NCBI GenBank assembly: GCA_028712365.1
Contig: JAQTQE010000004.1
Location: 13,806 to 77,805, forward strand
From: a bacterium
GTDB lineage: Bacteria > CAYTYR01 > UBA6262
Length of the DNA stretch: 64,000 bases
Direction: 5' to 3'
This document shows positions 50,003 through 60,100 of this stretch, in pieces. The stretch's first letter is position 1, and the number at the start of each line of letters is the position of its first letter. Under the pieces are notes generated by a model, which was not told the DNA's origin, did no database searches, and saw nothing but the letters and a program-made list of their open reading frames with translations. The translations under genes were made by a program, and so were the position numbers.

Positions 50003-50928
50003 TAACCATTACAACTATGATCCTGGTTGCTCTTACCGGTTGTGATAAGAAAACCACGCCGGTATTGAATGAGCCATCCAGTTCGATCTATGCCATCAGC
50101 GGAGTTTGTACGCAGGTCGAGACCAAGGATTTTCCCAACGCGCGGGCGTTCTGTTCTATTACTGACCAGAATAATTCTCCTTTATTTGATTTTGCCAAGG
50201 GCAATTTCAGCATCGCTGAAGAAGGTAAGCCGGTGGTAGTGGAAGAAGTCAAGAAAGTGGACAATAATGAAGACCCGCTGTCCGTGGTACTGGTACTTGA
50301 CCGTAGTGGCAGTATGAGTGGTACGGCAACCTCTAACCTGGATATCGCGGCTACTAACTTCATCAACAAGCTAGGGGTGAAAGATGAATGTGAAATAGTG
50401 AATTTTGATGATTCGGTAAAAGTGAGCCAGGTTTTTACCAGCAATCATCAATTGCTGGAAAAGGGTATCTCTGATTACGCTGATCTGGGAGGAGCCACGG
50501 CGTTCTTTGATGCTGTAGGACAGGCAGCCACTGATCTCAGTTCCCGTAATGGGCGGAAATTCATTCTGGCCATGACTGATGGATATGAGAATTCCAGCGT
50601 AAACTATCCATATGCTGATCCACTTCATCCTGATCCGACAGCGATCAAAGCTTACGTTAACAGCAAAGGATTATCGGTTTTTATAGTTGGCCTGGGTTAT
50701 GAAATTGATAAGGATATGCTGCGGGAACTGGCAACTGACACGGGAGCGCGTTATTTTGAAGCGACATCTTCCTTTGAACTGGACAACTTGTACCAGCAAG
50801 CTTTAACTCAGTTTAACAATGAAATAGTCATCAAGTTTCGTAGTTTAAGCAATGGCGCGCGCAATTTACGGGTTTATATGAATTACGGTAGTTTTACCCA
50901 ATCCTTTGAAAAGAAATATTCTAATTAG
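49987..50928 (+). CDS. von Willebrand factor A domain lipoprotein
   Basis: 313 aa. Lipobox LTGC. MIDAS motif LVLDRSGSMSG. Confidence 0.75.
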   Translation: MEKRLITITTMILVALTGCDKKTTPVLNEPSSSIYAISGVCTQVETKDFPNARAFCSITDQNNSPLFDFAKGNFSIAEEGKPVVVEEVKKVDNNEDPLSVVLVLDRSGSMSGTATSNLDIAATNFINKLGVKDECEIVNFDDSVKVSQVFTSNHQLLEKGISDYADLGGATAFFDAVGQAATDLSSRNGRKFILAMTDGYENSSVNYPYADPLHPDPTAIKAYVNSKGLSVFIVGLGYEIDKDMLRELATDTGARYFEATSSFELDNLYQQALTQFNNEIVIKFRSLSNGARNLRVYMNYGSFTQSFEKKYSN

Positions 50929-51011
50929 ATGATCCAACTAATTTCATAGATATTTAATAAATCGTACTACTCAGTGTGGAATGGTAATATGGATTTCATT
51001 GTTTCTATTTA

Positions 51012-51046
51012 AAGGCAATTCTCTAATTAAGGGAGTTGCCTTTTTG
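51012..51046 (+). terminator. terminator-like hairpin after the vWA gene
   Basis: AAGGCAA...TTGCCTT stem followed by TTTTGTATTT. Sequence-related to the def leader hairpin. Confidence 0.45.
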
Positions 51047-51062
51047 TATTTAAGGAGGATGT

Positions 51063-51737
51063 ATGAAAAAACTATTCTTTATGACCTTATTGCTTTTAAT
51101 AGGTGTTTTAGCCTATATGAATAACCCTGGCTATGCTTTTACTTTTCTAGATGAACGCACTAAAAGCGTGGGCAAAGACACAGTTGAATATACAATGGAG
51201 ATGGCTAATCCCGTAGTAAATGGTAATTTGAAATATGAAAATGATAAGTTTAAAATTCATTTTGCTATTCGCTTTCATGGTATTGATATGATTATATACA
51301 ATAAGACTGGCAATGCTATAAAACTTGACTATGGTTTATGGGCCTTTAATTATACTAATAATAAGTCTTATAAAGTATACAATTATGTTGGGACTGACGC
51401 AGGTAATAAAAATGCCCCGCCTTTTACTATTGTTGCGCCGGGATCTACCTATAAAGGAGGAGTAACCACAGAGATCAATAAATTTAATATAAGAAAACCG
51501 CAAAACCTTTATAATACATTGATCTTTCCTACAACTGAATATGTGGCCAATGTTGAGAATCCCGAGCCACCTCTTTCATACAAAGGAAAGTCATTCTCTC
51601 TCTCCATGCCTTTGACTATCAATGGAGTTAAAGAAGATTATACCTTCACCTTTAAGATAACGGATGTTAAGATAATAAAGTATGAAAAACAGTGGAAAAA
51701 GGAAGGCGGTTGGTCTAAATCGAAAAAAGCGAAATAA
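51063..51737 (+). CDS. secreted hypothetical protein (low GC)
   Basis: 224 aa. Signal peptide. Lys-rich C-terminus. GC about 30%. Confidence 0.45.
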   Translation: MKKLFFMTLLLLIGVLAYMNNPGYAFTFLDERTKSVGKDTVEYTMEMANPVVNGNLKYENDKFKIHFAIRFHGIDMIIYNKTGNAIKLDYGLWAFNYTNNKSYKVYNYVGTDAGNKNAPPFTIVAPGSTYKGGVTTEINKFNIRKPQNLYNTLIFPTTEYVANVENPEPPLSYKGKSFSLSMPLTINGVKEDYTFTFKITDVKIIKYEKQWKKEGGWSKSKKAK

Positions 51738-51816
51738 CGTGTTTAACGAATATTTTAAAAGAATAATAGATGTTTTAGTCATAGTTGGTTATTAAATGGA
51801 AAGAAGGAAAATTCTT

Positions 51817-52389
51817 ATGAAAAAGGTCCTAGGTTCTTTTTTCCTATTAATTAGTTTGTGTTCTTCTTTATACGGATTTGAGCGGGATACAAACTATGAC
51901 ATTGCTGTTAGTAGCTTCAGCCGTGCAGATATTATACGAGTTTTTAAATACGCTGTTCATTTTAATGAAGTATTTAAAATCAGTACATATGGTGATGAGA
52001 ATTACACAAAGATTAGAAAATTACTTGAACTTTATGATGAAATGATTCTTGCTCCATACTATCGAGGAAGTGTTGAAATTCTATCAAAAAGTAATGATCA
52101 AGAATTAACGCTCGAAATGCTTAAACTATTAATTTCCTATGAGAATTCAGCGGATGAAGAATTATCCTATGGATTAGCTGAGGTGTATGCAAAGAACCCT
52201 AATCTAATTGAAACAACAGTAAAGGAATTTAATATCGAAATACAGAAAGGATTAACTAAAAGACTAGAGGAGTCCTTAAGGCTATTAATAGAAAATAAGG
52301 AAAGGCCAAACATAGAATTACTTCGAAAACGACTTAGGGCTTTTATTGAAACTATTGCTGGGTCAGAAGGCAACGGGGTAAGCCCTTGA
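51817..52389 (+). CDS. secreted hypothetical protein (low GC)
   Basis: Signal peptide MKKVLGSFFLLISLCSS. No motif. Confidence 0.4.
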   Translation: MKKVLGSFFLLISLCSSLYGFERDTNYDIAVSSFSRADIIRVFKYAVHFNEVFKISTYGDENYTKIRKLLELYDEMILAPYYRGSVEILSKSNDQELTLEMLKLLISYENSADEELSYGLAEVYAKNPNLIETTVKEFNIEIQKGLTKRLEESLRLLIENKERPNIELLRKRLRAFIETIAGSEGNGVSP

Positions 52390-52528
52390 AATATGAAGCA
52401 GCTAAGAATTAGAGAAGCTAACATCTTAAGTTTTTGTTGACAAATATATGCTTATAAGATATAAAGATACCCTTTAACCCGGAATTTGCAATAGGATTTG
52501 GAATTCGTCGAAAAATCGCTTTGTCTTT

Positions 52529-52585
52529 TCGTCTAAAAAATCGCGAACATACCGCTGCGAGTATGCTCGCACTTTTTTGAGACGA
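52529..52585 (+). terminator. long imperfect hairpin plus T-tract upstream of comM
   Basis: Inner stem GCGAACATAC/GTATGCTCGC followed by TTTTTT. Outer stem TCGTCTAAAAAA/TTTTTTGAGACGA. Confidence 0.5.
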
Positions 52586-52682
52586 AAATACTGCGCGCTT
52601 TCCCGTCTCGGTTCGTCAAACCTATTGTAAAATCCGGGTTTAGTCAAAAGGGTATTTTTCTTTTATCCACTAAGGAGTCTTC

Positions 52683-54215
52683 ATGTTAGCCAAGGTATTA
52701 ACCAGCGCGGTATTGGGCATAGATGCTTATATTATTAAGGTGGAAGTGGATATCAGCAAAGGCCTGCCGGCTTTCAATATAGTCGGCTTGCCGGATACCA
52801 GCGTACGGGAGAGCCGAGACCGGGTAATGTCTGCGATCAAAAACAGCGAATTGGAATTCCCAACTAAACGTATGACCGTAAATATGGCTCCGGCTGATAT
52901 CAAAAAAGAAGGAGCCAGTTTTGACCTGGCAATAGCTATCGGTATCCTGGCGGCTCACGGCCAGGTACGGACGGATAAATTAAAAGATTATGTTTTTCTG
53001 GGTGAACTGGCTCTGGATGGTTCGATCAGGCAGGTACGTGGCGTCTTGTCTATCGCCTTAGCCCTGCGCCAGGAAAAGGTCAAGGGCATTATTGTTCCGG
53101 AGCATAATAAAACTGAGGCCGGAGTGATAGAAAGCCTGGCTGTATATCCGGTAACCCATTTACGGCAGGTAGTTGATTTCTTGAACAACGAAAGCAAACT
53201 GCCCAAGTTTAAATTTAACCTGCAGGAAGCATTTGAGCGCAATTGCCGGTATGAAGTAGATTTTAGCGATGTGAAAGGACAGATGTTCGCTAAACGGGCT
53301 TTAGAAGTGGCTGCGGCTGGCGGCCATAACATTCTGCTTATCGGCAGCCCCGGGTCAGGGAAGACCATGCTGGCGAAAAGACTGCCGACCATTTTACCGG
53401 ATATGTCGTTAGAAGAAAGCATTGAAACTACTAAAATACACAGTGTTTCGGGTAATTTGGATGGGCTGTCATTAGTAGCGACCAGGCCATTTCGTTCGCC
53501 GCATCATACGATCAGTGATGTCGCCCTGATCGGCGGGGGGACGTATCCCAAACCAGGGGAAGTAAGCTTGTCGCATAATGGCGTGCTTTTCCTGGATGAA
53601 TTACCTGAATTCCACCGCAATGTCCTGGAAGTGCTCAGGCAACCCTTGGAAGACGGGGTAGTGACCATCTCCAGGGCAGTGACTAGTTTAACCTATCCAG
53701 CTAAATTCATGATGGTGGCGGCGATGAATCCGTGCCCCTGCGGATATCATGGGGACAGTAAGCAGGAATGCCTTTGCTCTGTTTTCAAGGTCCAGAAATA
53801 CCTTTCCCGGGTTTCCGGACCTTTGCTGGACCGGATAGATATCCACGTGGAAGTGCCGCGGCTCAAATTCACGGAAATGAACAATGAAACGCCTGCTGAA
53901 AGCAGCGCCGCGGTCAAGGAAAGGGTGAACCAGGCCAGGGCTATCCAGCAACAACGTTTCCAGAAAGAAAAAAATATATATTGTAACGCCCATATGCAGC
54001 CAAAACACTTGAGAAAATACTGCCAGCTCACTGTTGAAAGCCAGGAATTGCTCAAAAATGCCATTAACAAGCTGAATCTTAGCGCCCGTGCTTATGACCG
54101 CATTTTAAAGGTGGCCAGGACCATAAGCGACTTGGAAAACCAGCCCCAGATCCAATCCAATCATATTGCCGAAGCCCTGCAATACCGCAGCCTGGATAAG
54201 AATTTGTTTGCCTGA
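52683..54215 (+). CDS. comM: Mg-chelatase-like AAA+ ATPase ComM/YifB
   Basis: 510 aa. N-terminal Lon-SSD-like region, MCM-type AAA+ (Walker A GSPGSGKT) and C-terminal ChlI region. Confidence 0.9.
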   Translation: MLAKVLTSAVLGIDAYIIKVEVDISKGLPAFNIVGLPDTSVRESRDRVMSAIKNSELEFPTKRMTVNMAPADIKKEGASFDLAIAIGILAAHGQVRTDKLKDYVFLGELALDGSIRQVRGVLSIALALRQEKVKGIIVPEHNKTEAGVIESLAVYPVTHLRQVVDFLNNESKLPKFKFNLQEAFERNCRYEVDFSDVKGQMFAKRALEVAAAGGHNILLIGSPGSGKTMLAKRLPTILPDMSLEESIETTKIHSVSGNLDGLSLVATRPFRSPHHTISDVALIGGGTYPKPGEVSLSHNGVLFLDELPEFHRNVLEVLRQPLEDGVVTISRAVTSLTYPAKFMMVAAMNPCPCGYHGDSKQECLCSVFKVQKYLSRVSGPLLDRIDIHVEVPRLKFTEMNNETPAESSAAVKERVNQARAIQQQRFQKEKNIYCNAHMQPKHLRKYCQLTVESQELLKNAINKLNLSARAYDRILKVARTISDLENQPQIQSNHIAEALQYRSLDKNLFA

Positions 54216-54518
54216 TATTTATATGATTGAATAAATCGCTTGACCATTTTGATTTATTATTTGTGAAGGAGTTTGTTTTAATTTATAAATTAAATCTAAT
54301 AGAAATAGGACTACCATAATAATTATTGAATAGCGAAATCAATTAGGATTTCTTAGCCTTGTATCCATTACATAATTTTATGAACAGCTTGACTAATTGC
54401 CTTTTTTGTGGTAATAATTTATTAGTAGCTTAATGAGTTTATAAAAAGGGTTCAAATATTTATGCGGGAGGAAAGAATTCTTTTTATGTACTCATTTAAT
54501 ACTAAAAATTGTTTATAT

Positions 54519-54559
54519 TAACCAACTACATAGTAAAATGTGGTTGGTTATATTTTTAG
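54519..54559 (+). terminator. terminator-like hairpin in the AT-rich comM-downstream spacer
   Basis: TAACCAACTACAT/ATGTGGTTGGTTA 13-bp stem with one mismatch, followed by TATTTTTAG. Confidence 0.45.
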
Positions 54560-54589
54560 TATCGATATTTTAAAACAAGGGGAGGAATT

Positions 54590-55168
54590 GTGAAGAAGGT
54601 ATTGTTTTTTGCATTGTTAATGCTCATGGCAAGTGTTCTGTGGGCTGAAGAGTCAACAGCCCAAGGCACAAAAAAGATTGGTATAGGATATTTTGACAAT
54701 GGCTTGGATCTTGTTTACTGGAAAAACGAGCATAAAGGGATTCAGGCTAATGTCAAGCTATCTGCAAGCAGATTGGGCGACGTATATGATTACGGTAATA
54801 CACAGAACAGTTGGGATTATCGCATCAGATTTGCATTTTTAAGAAAAGTAAAGGAATACGATTTTCTTAAGATTTCGATAGCTTATGGCATAAGCTGGAG
54901 TGATGTAAAAAGCGTACAGAATGCAGATTATTCAATGTACACAAGAACGGCAGTATTACAAGTCGGGCCTATATTTGAAATATTCATGCCTTTTTGTAAA
55001 AACTTATGTTTAGCCAGTGACTTGAAGCTTAATCTTGGCATTACCGTTAGAACTCACGACATACCTGCGAACATGACAACGACTCCAAGAAGGTCCAATA
55101 CCGAAAGTATATATTTTAGCGGCACAGGATTTACCTTGGATACGGTTTCAATAAGGTATTATTTCTGA
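54590..55168 (+). CDS. small outer-membrane beta-barrel protein
   Basis: 192 aa. GTG start. Signal peptide. Ends ...IRYYF. Confidence 0.5.
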   Translation: MKKVLFFALLMLMASVLWAEESTAQGTKKIGIGYFDNGLDLVYWKNEHKGIQANVKLSASRLGDVYDYGNTQNSWDYRIRFAFLRKVKEYDFLKISIAYGISWSDVKSVQNADYSMYTRTAVLQVGPIFEIFMPFCKNLCLASDLKLNLGITVRTHDIPANMTTTPRRSNTESIYFSGTGFTLDTVSIRYYF

Positions 55169-55181
55169 GAAAGAGGATAAG

Positions 55182-56090
55182 ATGATAAAGTTTAAACGAA
55201 ACAAATTTGTATTTATGTTTTTGCTTACGGCCTCGATTCTGCTTGCTTATAATGTTTACGCCGAAAATAACAATCCTGACTATTCCACCAAAGAATCGAA
55301 ATACAAGAAGCATAAGCACGTTAAGAAAAGAGTGAAAGAAATAGAGCGATCGGGAGAGAATTCTGTTCCGAGCCTCATAAGATTATTAAATGATGATGAC
55401 CCAGATACTAGAATATCTGCCATGTCAAGTCTGGGGCGGATAGGAAGTAAGAAAGCAATAGCTCCAATTATAAAATTAATGGAAAATGATAAGGATGATA
55501 ATATAAGAATAAGCGCCGCAACTGTCTTGGGTTATTTAAGTGGAACAGAAGCAATTCCAGCTCTCAAGAAAGCCTTATCAGATAGTAATAAAATGATCCA
55601 AATAAGAGCAGCCGGCTCTCTTGGTATGCTTAACGACGGCTCTGGTTACGCAATTATATTTGGTTATAGCGAGGATGCGGATATCAATGTAAAAGCCAAT
55701 GCTTTGCAGGCTTTTGGCCTTATTGCGGATGAGCGAGCTATTTCTATACTGGGAAAGTACAAGGATGATAATAATTATCGTCTTAGGAAAGCCGCATTAA
55801 TATCTATCAGGCAAATTGGGATTGCCAGAGAGTACAGGATTGCCTTACAGAAAAATGGTAAAAAGGTGGCAGATTATAAGAAGCTTTCCTTGCTTGAATA
55901 TTCTTTATCCGATACCAATCCCATTATAAGAAAGTGGGCGTTGAGAACTCTGATTTTGAGAATAGATGAAAAGGAAGTGGTGGAACTACTTGTAAAAATT
56001 GCCAATAATGACAAGAATCCTTCCCAAGACAACGTTATGGAGGTTCTCAAGAATTATAACATTGCCTTTGATAAGAGAAAGAAGAAATGA
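55182..56090 (+). CDS. secreted HEAT/PBS-lyase-repeat protein (paralog-like of 45854..46741)
   Basis: 302 aa. Signal peptide. Repeated DxxxRxxAxxxLGxxG units. Confidence 0.55.
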   Translation: MIKFKRNKFVFMFLLTASILLAYNVYAENNNPDYSTKESKYKKHKHVKKRVKEIERSGENSVPSLIRLLNDDDPDTRISAMSSLGRIGSKKAIAPIIKLMENDKDDNIRISAATVLGYLSGTEAIPALKKALSDSNKMIQIRAAGSLGMLNDGSGYAIIFGYSEDADINVKANALQAFGLIADERAISILGKYKDDNNYRLRKAALISIRQIGIAREYRIALQKNGKKVADYKKLSLLEYSLSDTNPIIRKWALRTLILRIDEKEVVELLVKIANNDKNPSQDNVMEVLKNYNIAFDKRKKK

Positions 56091-56518
56091 GGAAGAATAA
56101 TTTCCTTTACCGTGTTTTGTTTTTCTTATTAATGTTCTTAGATAGTAATTGCATCGCTGGGGAGAGTCAAATGCAGGTTAGATTGTGGAAAGAATTATCA
56201 ACAGTGAATTTATCTGAATTAAATAGTTATATTAATAGTTTGTCCCTGCTTGCAGATGGGGCGACAGTTCCTTCCATTGATACAATAAAAACTGGAGAGG
56301 CCTCAGGTTGTAGATATGCCCGGATTTCTAAAATGAAACAAAAAGAGAACAATGATACGGCTTTAGTAACAATAACAAACGGCGACCTATTAAGAGATTT
56401 GCTTGGAAACGATATTGTATGTGATTATAGCGGGATAACAATATCCATTTCAGCTAATTTGAGTTTTGAAAGGCAGGAAGATGAAAAAGGCATTGCTTGT
56501 TACATTCTTAATATTTAA
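56087..56518 (+). CDS. secreted hypothetical protein
   Basis: 143 aa. Signal peptide. No motif. Confidence 0.35.
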   Translation: MRKNNFLYRVLFFLLMFLDSNCIAGESQMQVRLWKELSTVNLSELNSYINSLSLLADGATVPSIDTIKTGEASGCRYARISKMKQKENNDTALVTITNGDLLRDLLGNDIVCDYSGITISISANLSFERQEDEKGIACYILNI

Positions 56519-57170
56519 TTTAATAACAATAGCTAAAGTAGGCTCTTGCGAATATACATGGCACCTATTCACAAGTACGCCACCTATTAAGGGAAAAGTT
56601 ATTGATTCGGTTACTGGGGAACCAATCAAAGACGCTATATTGGTGGTGAGATGGTTTAAAGCTAAACCTGCTATTGTGGATACTGCAGACAGCGTTATTC
56701 TTGAAAAAGGCTTTATAACCGATAGTAAGGGAGAATTTACCATCCCTAATAAAATTAATATGCATTTTACTTCCTGGTTTGCCGGGATGGGGATAGGAGT
56801 CATGCATCCTTCATACAGTATTCTGGTTACCGGCCTATCAGACGAGCGAAACAGCCTTTTTTATGCGGATTCAGAATTTAAGAAAGGGATTATCATTGCT
56901 ACTCTCAAGCTGACAAAATTAACTGACAAATATATAAAGCCAGAAGATAATATTAATTTACTTGAAGAGTTCAGCGAAATATTTCCTAAATGCTATTCTT
57001 TGTATTTCAAATGGGCCAAGAAACTGAAGGTTAATACTAATAAAGAAGCTGTATTTAGAAACTGGGATCAAATAATTAACAGATTCCCGGGTGCCCCTAA
57101 ACATCTTGACTTAACTATTGATATAGAAAACGAAAAATCCTTAATTAATAATATAGGGAATGGAGAGTAA
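56481..57170 (+). CDS. secreted hypothetical protein with carboxypeptidase-regulatory-like N-domain
   Basis: GKVIDSVTGEPIKDAILVV resembles the CarboxypepD_reg fold. Start taken at MKKALLV. Confidence 0.4.
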   Translation: MKKALLVTFLIFNLITIAKVGSCEYTWHLFTSTPPIKGKVIDSVTGEPIKDAILVVRWFKAKPAIVDTADSVILEKGFITDSKGEFTIPNKINMHFTSWFAGMGIGVMHPSYSILVTGLSDERNSLFYADSEFKKGIIIATLKLTKLTDKYIKPEDNINLLEEFSEIFPKCYSLYFKWAKKLKVNTNKEAVFRNWDQIINRFPGAPKHLDLTIDIENEKSLINNIGNGE

Positions 57171-57172
57171 TA

Positions 57173-60100
57173 ATGAGGAAAATCATTTTATTTTTAACTT
57201 TATTTATGATTTTGAATTTGTTCTCATTAACTAATCTTTGGTCACATAGTGCAACTGTCGTTCATCCCAAATTATCTGATAAAGCCGTCAGTAATTTAGA
57301 TGCCTTCTTTAATGAGGTTAAGACATATAAAAATCAGATTAAACAAGGGAGCATTGATGAAGATACTCCTATTTGGCAGGTGCTAAATCATTTTTATAAT
57401 CCTATAAATGGTGCCGGTTTTCCAGGAGGAATGCCTACAAACCAGTATGTAAAAGATATATGGGATGCATCAATTTACGAATATTCACAAGGGAATAAAA
57501 CGGAAGCCTATTACCTGTTAGGAAAAGTTGCTCATTTGGTTCAAGATATGTCTGTCCCGGCACATGTTCATATAGACTCGCATTTATTTGGAGATGATTA
57601 TGAAATTTGGTGCAAGGGGCCTGGTGAAACTGGTAGTAATATAATCGGATGTGTTAATACAGCAGAAGGCTATATTACTGTATCTGGCTATGAGGATGCA
57701 ATTGAGCAAATGGCAAGGCTGGGTTATGATTCTTCGAGATTTGAGGCGACATTATATGCTGATTCCAGATCAGTTGATGAAAATTGTGAATTGGCAAAAA
57801 TGTTCCCGGGCTCTATCAGATACATAGTTCCGCTTGACGCTAATACTTTAGATAATGGATTCTGGGAAATTGATAACATTGGGAATTATGATGGAGTGGA
57901 AACCGATAATGGCAGCAATGACTGGTGGGAGATAGATGAATATATTGGCTGGTTCTATATAGAGAATATTGGAGGGGATAGTTATCCAGTAGCTCCCGAA
58001 CAAATAAGAAGTGATATCACCAACCCAAGTACAAATTCGTCAATGGTAAGCAATACCAAATCATTGTACCAACTTTTTGCGGAACAATTAATCCCTTTAC
58101 CCATAAAATATTCCACAGGCTTACTGAAATATTTCTACGATAATCGTCCGCAAATCGTTTATCCTTCAAAGGTAACTAATTTAACGGCAACATCTACTGT
58201 TGATAGCGTTTCTCTTATTTGGGAAGCAGCAACAGAAGGAGCTGCGGTTAAAAACTATGCAATTTATAGAGATAACAGTTATGTAGGTCAAACAAATTCA
58301 ACCACACTGACATTTACTGATATGGGCAGGAGTGCAAACACCATATATGAGTACGAAGTTAGTGCTATTGCGGAAAACGGATTAGAAGGTGAAAAGACAG
58401 GTATAATGGTTGTTACTCAATCTCAGCCCGGCAGCAATGAACCAGTCCCAGTGATAATGAACCAAATTTCCAATATTACTGAGACTACAGCTGTTCTAAG
58501 CTGGTCACAAAGCAATGACGGTAATTTCAAAGAATACAGGATTTATCGTTCCCAGGGAAGTGGTGTTAGTGAAAATTCCACTCTAGTCACAACTATTACA
58601 TCAAGAGCCATTACAGCTTTTACTGACATTGGTTTATCAGAAGCAACAACATATTATTACCGTGTTTACGTATTCAACACTCAAGATTTATCTGCAAAGA
58701 GCAATGAGGTGTTTGCACGAAGTATCGGCAATACAATTCCTGATTTCGCAGTTTCTCCAGAAGACATAAGTATGCAATCAACAAATCCTAATCCTGGAGA
58801 TATTGTTACAATAAATGCTATAATCCACAATATTGGGCAAATACCTCCTGATGACGAAATTGTTGTAAGATTCTATGATGGAGACCCGGCAAATGGCGGA
58901 ATCCTAATTGGTGAAGATAAAAAAAGTTTCTGTTGGGTATTCGGGGGAGATGCCTCTGACACCTATGGAGTTGATTGCGGAATCATAGTTGATGATAATT
59001 TAGAAAAAAGATTATATTTAAGTGATACAAGTTTCCAATTATTCGGCCCAAATAACATTGACCTTGAAGGCAGTAATAGTGCAGGAGGCAAATATTACAC
59101 AGATAATTGTTTAACTGTTGATTTTAATAACGGGGCATGGCAAAATGTTAACATAACTCCTACCCCTCACATAGTCAAGGCATATGATAGTGGATTCATT
59201 CATGTAAGAGTATCCGTTTCGGGTGACTTTGATAGTGGTGGTCACTTTAAGGCTAATTTCCATATACGAGGTCGCAAGGCTAGAGATAATAATCAACCAA
59301 TAGAAGCCTCAGTTAACTGGAATACAAGTAACAGAACCGGTTCCCATGACATCTATGTAGTAGTGGATCCTGATAATATAATAACATCAGAAGTTAACAA
59401 GGGCAATAATATAAGCCATAAGCGTATAAACATTGGTCCCGATAAGCCTGATTTGAACATTACATCAAATGATATAAGCTTCACCAGGGAAACCCTGGAT
59501 GTTACAATTAAGGCAAAAATATCCAACACGAATAATATCGAAGCTAATAATGTGAAGGTGAATTTCTATGACGGGTTGCCTTCTAATAATATTCTTATAG
59601 GAAGCACGACTATACCTAAAATACCCATTCCTCTTCTATCAGGTTCAAAGTCAGGGGATGACTGGGCAACCATGGAAACCGGCATCTTCCAATTGGTAAT
59701 CACTTCAAGCACTGTAGATAATGGAGGCCTGGCACCTGGGACTTATACGGCGCTTAAAAAGAACTGGATATATTCTAATATTTCTTACGGAGATAATTTG
59801 CCTATAAATGTTAATCCGGAAGTGACTGCTAGCCATCACAACAATACTCTGGAAATTTATGAAAAAACTGCCACGGGTTTCAAGACACGAATCTGGACAT
59901 ACGCCGATATATATCAGCCCGGGGTGGCTTTCTCTTATAGGCCGTGGCTATATACCAAAGACCAAATTACTTTCGACTGGTCATTGCCAGAGTATAATAG
60001 TGTGGCGCAGGTTAGTTGGAATATTAACGGATTGTCAGGTAGCCACGACGTTTACGTGGTAGTGGATCCTGATGATAGCATTTCAGAAGTTCAAGAAGAT

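Noticed and set aside
54216-54589. Possible small ORF (MREERILFMYSFNTKNCLY) and promoter in the AT-rich spacer after comM
   Set aside because: No convincing RBS or promoter spacing. Only the hairpin terminator is reported.
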